From Dendrobates tinctorius (lineage: Eukaryota): 64,000 nucleotides of DNA. Position numbers and translations under genes: made by a program. The stretch covers positions 1,612,001 through 1,676,000 of the forward strand of contig NW_027361688.1 of NCBI RefSeq assembly GCF_039654945.1. The letters are read 5' to 3'. Below are positions 54,317 to 64,000 of this stretch, piece by piece; the first letter of the stretch is position 1, and each line of letters starts with the position of its first letter. The notes beneath the pieces were generated by a model that saw nothing but the letters and a program-made list of their open reading frames with translations, had not been told where the DNA came from and did not search any database.

Positions 54317-55508
54317 TCACCCATATTTTATACCTGGAAAAGATACAGTTTTGATGTGACCGGTCACAGATCGGGCGCTGAGAGGTTGTGGCCTCATTTT
54401 TTTTTTTTTTTTGAGGTGAGATGGTTTGTAGATATGTTATTATATCAGAGAAACCTGCATATAACATCCCTGCAATCACATCCACATCTACATCATGTGT
54501 CTTATCACCTCTGTCCTCATCATTTCCATCATGTCCTCCTGTGTCCTCATCACCTCCATCATGTCCTCCTGTGTCATCACCTCCGTCCTCCTCAGGATCA
54601 CACAAGTCACCGGTGTCTGGTTCCTGTAGGACAGTCAGTGGATCCGTCATGCTACACAGCTCCTCAATGTTCCTCATCTTCCTGGACAGCTCGTCCTTCT
54701 TTATTTCCAGCTTCTGGATCACATCAGACAGTGACAGTGACTCCTGCTCTTCCCGCCTGGAGATCTCACTCAGGACCTTCTTCTCCAGGTCGTCCACCCG
54801 TCTTCTGATATCTATAAACAGGGCAGTGACTCTTTTGGCTTCTCCAGATGATTTTTCTTTAACTTTTCTCCTCTGTTCCTCCAGACTCCGGACTCTTTCC
54901 TCAGTCTTCTTTCTCTTTGTGGTCAGTTTCTGCAGAACATTTCTCAGTTTCTTCTTCATCTTCTCAGAGGCCTCCTCCAGCATCTCCACCCGGTGTCCCC
55001 GATGTTCTCCGGCCAAACTGCAGGACACACAGATACAAGCAGCGTCCTCAGTGCAGTAATATTCCAGGATCTTCTTATGGACAGAACATTTCCTGGTCTC
55101 CAGAGAAGTGCTGGGATCAGTGAGGACGTGTTCTGCTCCTTTGCTGTGAACTTTCAGGTGATTGTCACACAGAGAAGCCTCGCAGTGTAGACAGGATCTA
55201 ACAGCAGGTACAGGAGAGTGAATGCAGTAAGTGCAGCAGATCCCGGTGATCTCCTCCTGAGGTGGATGAGTAGACCGGAAGTTCTCCACTACATTACACA
55301 GAGTTATGTTCCTCTTCAGTGTCGGCCGCTTGTTAAACTTTTCTCTGCATTCAGGACAGGAATAAACTCCAGAATCGTCCTGAGTATTCAGGATCTGATC
55401 AATACAGACCCAGCAGAAGTTGTGTCCACATCTCAGGGTTACAGGATCTGTATACAGGGTCAGACAGACGGAACATTCCAGTTCTTCTCTCAGATCAGCG
55501 GACGCCAT
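54312..55508 (-). CDS. TRIM RING, B-box 1, B-box 2, coiled-coil ORF (398 aa); stops before PRY/SPRY
   Basis: MASADLREELECSVC...CGHNFC...CPEC; intact CTYC...CLHC...CDNHLKVH; CSVH...EHRGH. May be a frameshifted pseudogene or a spliced gene. Confidence 0.85.
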   Translation of the reverse strand: MASADLREELECSVCLTLYTDPVTLRCGHNFCWVCIDQILNTQDDSGVYSCPECREKFNKRPTLKRNITLCNVVENFRSTHPPQEEITGICCTYCIHSPVPAVRSCLHCEASLCDNHLKVHSKGAEHVLTDPSTSLETRKCSVHKKILEYYCTEDAACICVSCSLAGEHRGHRVEMLEEASEKMKKKLRNVLQKLTTKRKKTEERVRSLEEQRRKVKEKSSGEAKRVTALFIDIRRRVDDLEKKVLSEISRREEQESLSLSDVIQKLEIKKDELSRKMRNIEELCSMTDPLTVLQEPDTGDLCDPEEDGGDDTGGHDGGDEDTGGHDGNDEDRGDKTHDVDVDVIAGMLYAGFSDIITYLQTISPQKKKKNEATTSQRPICDRSHQNCIFSRYKIWVR

Positions 55509-55704
55509 GGCTTCCTTTCGTTTCATGCAAAAAAGGAAACTGACAGTGAATGTTACAGGGGCGTGTTTCAGGAAATATGACGTTGCACAACTTGTGTCTG
55601 AGAGTCGTCTATTAACCATATAATGTGCTAACTGGGAACAGAAAAATAGGTAACAGGGAAAGTGTTGATTTCTCCATGTTTATACTCTGCCCTCCTATTA
55701 GAGT

Positions 55705-56152
55705 AAGCAAAACCAAAGGAAAAAACACTATTTTGATCAAAAAAGTATAAAGCTGTCCCACCACGGCAAGGTGTACCCATTTGAGACAGTAACTACACTA
55801 ACTACTGAGCTGTGTAGTTCACTTATAGTCCCTCTGAAGCTGGGTGTCCGTTTGGGACCCAGAGACTCTGCCACTATTCACACTAGGTAGGTTTTAACCG
55901 TTAGTGTAGTTACTGTCTCAAATGGGTCACCTTGCCGTGGTGGGACAGCTTTATACTTTTTTGATCAAAATAGTGTTTACCAAGTACCCTATCTTATTTA
56001 ATGCACTTGCTTTTTTACTTATTTACCTTCATTAGGGTATATACACACATTGTTTTTTCCTTTGGTTTTGCTTGCTTTTATGGCCAGTGTGAACATGCTT
56101 TTACATCATGCATGTCATTCAAGTCTCCTCCAGTTCAGTTTTTTTGTTTTTT
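55705..56152. mobile_element. Retro-insertion with an inverted 5' duplication and 14-bp TSD
   Basis: CCTCCTATTAGAGT at 55691-55704 and 56153-56166; 55723-55802 is inverted at about 55900-55978, and 55705-55726 is inverted at about 56052-56073. Confidence 0.75.
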
Positions 56153-57807
56153 CCTCCTATTAGAGTGTAAGCTCCTGTGATCAGGTGCTTGTGACGAGCA
56201 TCGGGCAGGGAGCGCCGTCAAAGATTGCGGGCAGAGGCCTATCCAGCCGACCATATTAAACAGACAAATGGGTGAGCTGTTTCTTTTTTCTCGGGGTGAT
56301 GAAACGGTGGCCTAAAGGGAGAAATTATTTTACTGCAACCATCACCTGTGGAAAAGCCACTGTACAGCCCGAGCCTTATTGACAATGATATCATCCGTAA
56401 GCCTCATCACTGAGATCAGTACAGATCTGGAGAATAAACTTCTTACAGGGTAAATAATGGTTATTACACTTTAGAGAACAAAGGCTCGGAGACTCTGGGT
56501 TTTCTGTACCGGAATAACTGGCAATAAATAATGGGAAAGGTATTTCCACCTGATTTTTTCATCCTAATTTTCGTGATCGTTATTTTCAAATGATAGATCC
56601 ATACACCGAGTTTGGAAATTGTTTCTTATGTTTTGCGATATTGGGACATGAGAGGAGTGACCAGATGTGAAGGAAAGCGGATGCGAGAAAAAGAGCTGCG
56701 TGCCAAGTGATTTCCGTGCAATCGGAGGGATAAACGTATTAAAGAGGACTCAAAAGGATGTATATGATACCCTGCCCATCTGGAGAACATCCTGGGACCT
56801 TCAAATCGAAACTCGTGGGCTTTGGTGAGCTGTGGCCTACAGGCGAACAGGGAACTGCAGAAGGCCTGTCAAGACTTGGGCTTGGGGGACCAACTCTTCC
56901 CTTTGGGGAAGCTACAAGGTGGGTGTGAGGCAGCGGGACCCACAGCACCGCGACACCCTACCCAAAAAAGACTCTATACCCCATCCATTGCCTGAATATC
57001 ACAGATGTATCCGCCTTGGTGTGTGTACCTGGACACCCACAATCATTTTCATTAGACCACCGCCATTTTGCGATCTGCACTCTTGTGTGACGCTGCTGAG
57101 CGGAAAACTCTTGTCCCCAGTGGTAACAATCAGGGACACTCTGTACGCTGCCTCTGTGTCTCTACATCATCTCACCGTGCTGCTGTACCTTGCACTCTCC
57201 TTGAACCGGCCATTACTCTGTGGTGACCTTTTCTGTGGAGCCTCCGGGAATAAAGAGAGACCTGACCTGATATATTATCTTCATGTGATGGTTGAGCTGA
57301 GTTCTTTGGTTCAGTGGCATTGAAAGGGTTTATTAACTTTGGACCCACATATACCAAAACCTGTAATAGAATTAGACATATGTGGTGCTCCACCGCTATC
57401 GACACTCCTTGAAACTGCACTGGTATTATCTAATTACTGCACCGAAATTGACCTTATTTCAATGTTACTAGGCCACACTCTGACTATTGGCATATTTTAT
57501 TTACATGGATACTAAATTACATTTGTCAGAGAGTCACATCCGGGCCCAGAGGTGGAGGGGGGCCACTGAAGGCAAGCAGGGCCTGTGTCACCATTCGGTG
57601 CACCTGGCAAGGTTATTCTGTATGGAGCATTATATGGGGCCCATTCTGTATGGAGCATTATATGGGGCCCATTCTGTATGGAGCATTATATGGGGCCCAT
57701 TCTGTATGGAGGACTATATAGTAGGAAATGTACATTTATAAAGGGTACACTGCTGAGGGCAGTTTCTACTGGTAGGGTACATTTACTAATATTCCATTTA
57801 TCTCTAA

Positions 57808-58665
57808 GGCTATGTGCCCACGTTGCATCTTTTTTAGCCTTTCCTCCACGTTTTTGCGGACACGGAAATGCTTAAAAAATGCAGTCCTATGGGATTCCGC
57901 AGTTGCTGTGTCAATGCTGCGGATTTTACCACTGCGGAATCGCATAGCGGTAAAATCTGTAGCATATTCATTATTTCTGCGGAATCACAGCGATTCCACC
58001 ACCATAGGATTGCATTGAAATGCTCACTTTACGCATGTGGCTAATATGCCCACCATGCGTAAAGTGAGCGTTTCATGTGCGGATGGTACCCAGGGTCTGG
58101 AGGAGAGGAGACTGTCCTCCATGCCCTGGGTACCATATAACTGTAAAAAAATAGAATTAAAATAAAAATAGTGATATACTTACCCTCTGACTGTCCCCGG
58201 AGTCCTCAGCGACGCTCCCTGCAAGTTCCGTTCCCAGGGATGCATTGTATGAATGACCCAAGATGTGACCGTGACGTCACAAAGGTCTTTCGCGCAATGC
58301 ATCCCTGGGAACAGAACGTAACGGGAGCGCCACTGAGGACTCCGGGGACCGTCAGAGGGTAAGTATCTCTATTTTTTATTATTTTTAACATTCTATCTTT
58401 TACTATTGATGTTACATAGGCCGCCTCAATAGTAAAAAGTTGGTCACACTTGTCGAGCACTATGCTTGTGTGTGACCAACCTGTCAATCACTTTTCCAAA
58501 TGATGCTTCAAATCACTTGGAAAAGCGCTAGAATTCCGCAAGCTAAAAATGCTAGTGTTTTGCAGGAAAACGCATGCGAATTCCGCATGCGTTTTACCCG
58601 CGGCAGGGAGTTTCGGAAATGCTGTGGACATTTCCGCAGCATTTCTGCAACGTGGGCACTTAGCT
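57808..58665. mobile_element. Harbinger-type MITE
   Basis: TAA-GGCTATGTGCCCACGTTGC / GCAACGTGGGCACTTAGCT-TAA. Confidence 0.8.
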
Positions 58666-58916
58666 TAATACTACAGGTACTGAAATCCTGAAACCTGTGG
58701 ACCCTTGATCTGAATCCCCTCTGCTGTATGGTGTTGTAGACAATAGATATCACTCTTGTAATATAAGAAGTGAAATCTTTGGCATTGTACTGTACTGATA
58801 TTTCTCTGCCATATCTGTGCATCATGAATCGTGGTATGTGTTAAAGAAGCCCACTGAAACTCTTTCATCCAGGGCCTATGTGTCTGTGTGTATGTATGTG
58901 TGTGTATATGAGTGTA

Positions 58917-59697
58917 CAGTGAAGGAAATAATTATTTGATCCCTTGCTGATTTTGTAAGTTGTCTCCTTCTCACCCAGCATCTTACTTATGGTTTTGTAG
59001 ACCATTCCAGCTTTGTCCAGGTCTATGATCTTGTCCCTGACATCCTTAGAAAGCTCTTTGGTCTTGCCCATGTTGTAGAGGTTAGAGTCTGAGTGATTAA
59101 TTGAGTCTGTGGACAGGAGTCTTTTATAAAGATGGGCAGCACGGTGGCTCAGTGGTTAGCGCTGCAGCCTTGCAGTGCTGGGGTCCTGGGTTCGAATCCC
59201 ACCAAGGACAACATCTGCAAGGAGTTTGTATGTTCTCCCCGTGTTTGCGTGGGTTTCCTCCCACACTCCAAAAAAGACATACTGATAGGAAATTCAGATT
59301 GTGAGCCTCATCGGGGACAGTGATGAAATGTGTGCAAAACTGTAAAGCGCTGCGGAATATGTTAGCGCTATATAAAAATAAAGATTATTATTATTATAAA
59401 GGTGACTATGTAAGACAGCTTTCTTTAATGCAGGTAACAAGTTGATTAGTAGCGTCTAACTGATCTGTAGGAGCCAGAACTCTTAATAGTTGGTAGGGGA
59501 TCAAATAATTATTTCTCACTGCAAAATGCAAATAAATTTATATAATTGATATAATGTGATTTTCTGGATTTTATTTTCGTTATTCTATCTCTCAATGTTA
59601 AAATTAACCTACCCTTAAAATTATAGACTGCTCATGTCTTTGTCAGTGGGCAAACTCACAAAATCAGCAAGGGATCAAATAATTATTTCCTTCACTA
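58917..59697 (-). mobile_element. Internally deleted Tc1 transposon
   Basis: TIRs CAGTGAAGGAAATAATTATTTGATCCCTTGCTGATTTTG; TA flanks; only the N-terminus [16 protein letters not shown]...(about 58960-59071) is retained. Confidence 0.9.
59134..59393 (+). mobile_element. tRNA-derived SINE (V-SINE-like) with an L2-type tail
   Basis: A box TGGCTCAGTGG, B box GGTTCGAATCC, GGAGTTTGTATGTTCTCCCCGTG core, (TTA)n tail, TSD TTATAAAG. Confidence 0.88.
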
Positions 59698-59711
59698 TAT
59701 ATATGTATATA

Positions 59712-60530
59712 CACCATGTTCCAAATTATTATGCAAATTGTTTTAAGCGTCATAGTGGGTTTTTTTTTATTTTGTCACTGAAACCCATTGATGGTATTGT
59801 GTCTCAGGGTTCTTTGGATCACTGAAATCAATCTCAGATACCTGTGATAATTAGTTTGCCATGTGAGCCCAATAAAAGGAAAACTGGATGTTCCACACTA
59901 TTGAGCAGGCTAAAGTTTTCAAGTAAGGCTACTTTCACACTTGCGTAGGCACGGGCCCGTCGCAATGCGACGGCGTACCGACGCACATTGTGAAAGATTT
60001 GCACAATGGGGGCAGCGGATGCAGTTGTTCAACGCATCCGCTGCTCCATTGTAATGTCCAGGGAGGAGGGGGCGGAGTTTCGACCGCGCATGCGCGGTCG
60101 AAAATGGCGGACACGACGCATAAGAAAAATTACATGTAACTTTTTTTGTGCGTCGCGCCCGCCAAAACACAATGCATCCGTCTCACGATGGATGCGACGT
60201 GTGGCCATGCGTCGCTAATGCAAGTCTATGGAGAAAAAACGCATCCTGCAGGCAACTTTGCAGGATGCGTTTTTTCTCCAAAACGGCGCATTGCGATATA
60301 TGTCACACGACGCTAGTGTGAAAGTAGCCTTACATGGGAAAGAAAAAGGATCTCTCTGCTGCCGAAAAGCATCAAATAGTGCAATGCCTTGGTCAAGGGA
60401 TGAAAACATTAAATATTTCCCGAAAACTTAAGTGTGATCATCGTACTGTTAAGAGATTTGTGGCTGATTCTGAGCACAGATGTGTTTGTGCTGATAAAGG
60501 CAGAATAAGGAAGGTTTCTGCCAGGCAAAC
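59712..60530 (+). mobile_element. 5' part of another Tc1/mariner transposon
   Basis: TA-CACCATGTTCCAAATTATTATGC start; transposase N-terminus MGKKKDLSAAEK...DHRTVKRF (60334-60530), truncated. Confidence 0.75.
59927..60329. mobile_element. Harbinger-type MITE just upstream of the transposase ATG
   Basis: GGCTACTTTCACAC / GTGTGAAAGTAGCC; TAA/TTA flanks. Confidence 0.85.
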
Positions 60531-60531
60531 G

Positions 60532-62004
60532 TAACCCTAACCCTAGCCCTAACCCTAACCCTAATGGGAAAATGGAAATAAATACATTTTCTTTTAATTT
60601 TATTATTTTTCCCTAACTAAGGGGGTGATAACGGGGGGTTTGATTTACTATTTATGGCGGGTTTTTATGTTCGGCGGCTGTCACACGCTAAAAGACGCTT
60701 TTTATTGTAAAAATAGTTTTTGCATCACCACATATTGAGAGCTATAATTTTTCCATATTTTGACCCACCGAGTCATGTGAGGTCTTATTTTTTGCGGGAC
60801 GAGTTGACGTTTTTATTGGTACCATTTTCGGGCACGTGACATTTTTTGATCGCTTTTTATTCCGATTTTTGGGACGCAGAATGAACAAAAACCAGCGTTT
60901 CATGAATTTCTTTTGGGGGGGGTGCGTCTACACTGTTCCGCGTGCGGTAAAATTGATAAAGCGGTTTTATTCTTCGGGTCAGTACGGTTACAGCGATACC
61001 TCATTTATGTCGTGTTTTATGTTTTGGCGCTTTTATGCAATGAAAACAATTTTATATTAAAAATAATTATTTTTGCATCGCTTTATTCTGCGAGCTATAA
61101 CTTTTTTATTTTTTTGCTGATGACGCTGTATGGCGGCTCGTTTTTTGTGGGACAAGATGACATTTTCAGCGGTACCATGGATATTTATATGCGTCTTTTT
61201 TTCCGCGCGTTATTGCACTTTTTGTTCGGCGGTATGATAATAAATCATTATTTTTTGCTTAGTTTTTTATTTTTATTTTTGAAGGGATTCACTAAAGGGG
61301 TTAACTAGTGGGACAGTTTTATAGGGCGGGGCGTTACAGACGCAGCAATACCAAATATGTGTACTTTTATTGTTTTTTTTTTATTTCCAAAAAATGAACT
61401 TATTAGGGAATATTTTTTTTTTTTTTTTAATTATTTTTACACTTTTCTTTTTTTTTAACTTTATTACATAGTCCCAGGGGGGACATCACTGTCATGTGAC
61501 AGATCGCTGATCTGTCACATCACAGATCACTGTGACAGATCAGCGATCTGTCACAGGCACTGCACAGGCTTTCCTCATGCCTGCGCTTTGCAGGAACTGA
61601 GGAAGCCAGCTCCCTGCAGGCCCCCGAAGGTCCCCGTCGCCATCTTGGATTCGGGGACCTGCAGGGATGGAGCCCCCCGCAGCAGCGCTGCACATTGCGC
61701 TGCTGTGGAGGGCTCAGGGAAGCACGGAGGGAGCCCCCTCCCTGCCGATGGTTCCCTTTAACCCCCGGTACACCGCAATCGTGTTTGATCGCGGTTTGCA
61801 AGGGGTTAACGTGTCGGGGGGCGGTCCGTGACCGCCCCTGACACATTGTGCCGGGTGTCAGCTGTGATAATCAGCTGACACCCGGCCACGATCAGCGGCG
61901 CTCACCACGTGGGCGCCGCTGATCGCTGTGACGTACTATCCCATCCCTGGGAATTAAGTCCCAGGGCACATGGACGGGATAGTACGTCACATGACAGAAA
62001 GGGG
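60532..62004. mobile_element. piggyBac-like non-autonomous element (right portion)
   Basis: Ends ...AAAGGGG-TTAA; homologous to 26620-27450 and 39500-39860; starts with a short (TAACCC)n tract. Confidence 0.65.
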
Positions 62005-62009
62005 TTAAA

Positions 62010-62636
62010 AGAGGTCTGGATACACATGATGAGAGCATTATACTGCCTCTGTACAAATCACTGGTTAGACCGCACATGGACTACTGTGTACAGTTTTGGG
62101 CACTGGTGCTCAGGAAGGATATAATGGAACTAGAGCATGTACAAAGGAGGGTAACAAAATTAATAAAGGGGATGGGGGAACTACAATACCCAGAGAGATT
62201 AGCAAAATTAGGATTATTTAGTCTAGAATAAAGGCGACTGAGGGGCGATCTAATAACCATGTACAAGTATATAAGGGGACAATACAAATATCTCTCCAAG
62301 GATCTGTTTATACCAAGGAAGGTGACGGTCACAAGGGGGCATTCTCTGCGTCTGGAGGAGAGAAGGTTTCTCCAGCAACATAGAAGAGGATTCTTTACTG
62401 TTAGAGCAGTGAGAATCCGGAATTCCTCGCCTGAGGAGGTGGTGATGGGTGGTGATGATGAACTCAGTCGAAGGGTTCAAGAGAGGCCTGGATGTCTTCC
62501 TGGAGCGTAACAATATTGTATCTTACAGTGATTAGGTTCTATAGAAGGACGTAGATCTGGGGATTTAGTCTGACGGAATATAGGCTGAACTGGATGGACA
62601 AATGTCTTTTTTTGGCCTTGCTAACTATGTTACTAT
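62010..62636 (+). mobile_element. CR1 LINE 3' fragment
   Basis: LYKSLVRPHMDYCVQFW, LGLFSLE*RRLRGDL, TRGHSLRLEERRF; tail CTATGTTACTAT. Confidence 0.85.
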
Positions 62637-62637
62637 A

Positions 62638-62845
62638 TAGGTGATGACACAGGAGGACATGGTGGAGGTGATGAGGACACAGGTGGACATGATATAGGTG
62701 ATACGGGGACATAGAGGAGGTGATTAGGACACACGGGGATATGATGGAGGTGATGAGGACTCAAAGGGAGTTGATGAAGATGATGAGGACACGGGGACAT
62801 GATGGAAGTGATGAGGACACAAGGGGAGTTGATGTAGGTGATTGG
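62638..62845 (+). repeat. Degenerate DEDTGGHDGG-type minisatellite (remnant of a fourth TRIM linker)
   Basis: GGTGATGAGGACACAGGTGGACATGAT units as in 47040-48072. Confidence 0.7.
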
Positions 62846-62854
62846 GGAGTGGAC

Positions 62855-63170
62855 CAGTGGCGTAGCGTGGGGGGGGCGGGGGGGGCGGTCCGCCCCAGGC
62901 GGCACGTGTGTGGGGGCGGCGCGGCGGCAGCAGCAATTCAATTCCTCTCCTCTGACTGGGAGAACAGCGCGGACTCCGCGGAGGCACAGTGCAGGCGCTT
63001 TCTACCCAGTGGCGTAGCGTGGGGGGGCGGGGGGGGCGGTCCGCCCCAGGCGGCACGTGTGTGGGGGCGGCGCGGCGGCAGCAGCAATTCAATTCCTCTC
63101 CTCTGACTGGGAGAACAGCGCGGACTCCGCGGAGGCACAGTGCAGGCGCTTTCTACCTTCTACGCCACTG
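62855..63170. repeat. GC-rich about 152-bp tandem duplication bounded by hAT-like TIRs
   Basis: 62854-63005 is repeated at 63006-63156; CAGTGGCGTAG / CTACGCCACTG ends; no TSD seen. Confidence 0.75.
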
Positions 63171-63580
63171 CCTTGCTGGACTCGGACTCGGAGCCCCGGC
63201 TGCTTTCCGCTCCTGAGCCGGTGCTGGGCGGAGGTGTTGGCCGCTCGGGGCTGGTTGTTCGGTCGGAGCTGCCAGAAGAACACGTGGCGTGTGGCTGAGG
63301 TGACGCAGGAGGAGCGGATCCCGGGACACAGGAGCCGGTGAGTGAGGGGGACGGCGGGAAGCGCTGCCCAGCCTGCCCATGATGTCTGTGAGGGGAGGGA
63401 GACACCGCGGTATGTGATTGCCCCTTGAATTTCATTCCATCATGTAATGTTATGCTACAGGGGGCGGCATCTAGGTAATTACTCCCTCTCCCCCATTTAC
63501 TAATTCTAAAGTTGAGGCTCCCTAATCCTTGGAGTTGGATTGCCTACATCTTCATATAGCTGATATTATGCAAAACAGTT

Positions 63581-64000
63581 GGGCTCTGTAGGGAGAGGAC
63601 ATGGGGGGCTGTGCAGAGGAGGACATGGGGGGGCTCTGTAGGGAGAGGACATGGGGGCTGTGCAGAGGAGGACATGGGGGGGCTCTGTAGGGAGAGGACA
63701 TGGGGGCTGTGCAGAGGAGGACATGGGGGGGCTCTGTAGGGAGAGGACATGGGGGCTGTGCAGAGGAGGACATGGGGGGGCTCTGTAGGGAGAGGACATG
63801 GGGGCTGTGCAGAGGAGGACATGGGGGGGCTCTGTAGGGAGAGGACATGGGGGCTGTGCAGAGGAGGACATGGGGGGGCTCTGTAGGGAGAGGACATGGG
63901 GGCTGTGCAGAGGAGGACATGGGGGGGCTCTGTAGGGAGAGGACATGGGGGCTGTGCAGAGGAGGACATGGGGGGGCTCTGTAGGGAGAGGACATGGGGG
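63581..64000. repeat. 49-bp minisatellite running off the window end
   Basis: Unit GGCTCTGTAGGGAGAGGACATGGGGGCTGTGCAGAGGAGGACATGGGGG. Confidence 0.97.

Noticed and set aside
59134-59205. tRNA gene
   Set aside because: The A/B boxes continue into a SINE body, tail and TSD; this is a tRNA-derived SINE head.
60532-60564. Telomeric (TAACCC)n
   Set aside because: Only about 5 imperfect units, internal to a repeat element; not a chromosome end or credible fusion site.
63544-63995. Three overlapping Pro-rich ORFs
   Set aside because: Artefact of the stop-free 49-bp minisatellite.

Overview
Eukaryotic vertebrate DNA, most likely an anuran (frog/toad). This is inferred from the buforin-type H2A N-terminus, the intronless RING-B-box-PRY/SPRY TRIM genes and the repeat families. 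The left half (1-31 kb) is a tandemly duplicated replication-dependent histone locus. It has three divergent H2B/H2A pairs with stem-loops and octamer/CCAAT promoters, one intact H4, one frameshifted H4, one decayed H4, two slots where H4 appears deleted, an orphan histone stem-loop, and no H3 or H1. The same 128 nt are N-masked in all three H2B copies. The right half (42-63 kb) is a TRIM (TRIM25/39-like) cluster: one intact gene with a degenerate B-box 1, one pseudogene with a greatly expanded DEDTGGHDGG coding minisatellite, one gene with PRY/SPRY out of frame, and one remnant. The window is dense in mobile DNA: a full-length DD35E Tc1-family transposon inside a LINE, a Harbinger-type MADF gene, nested solo LTRs inside CR1, a V-SINE, many MITEs and minisatellites, and a Penelope-type hammerhead ribozyme motif at 30848-30907 (minus strand).
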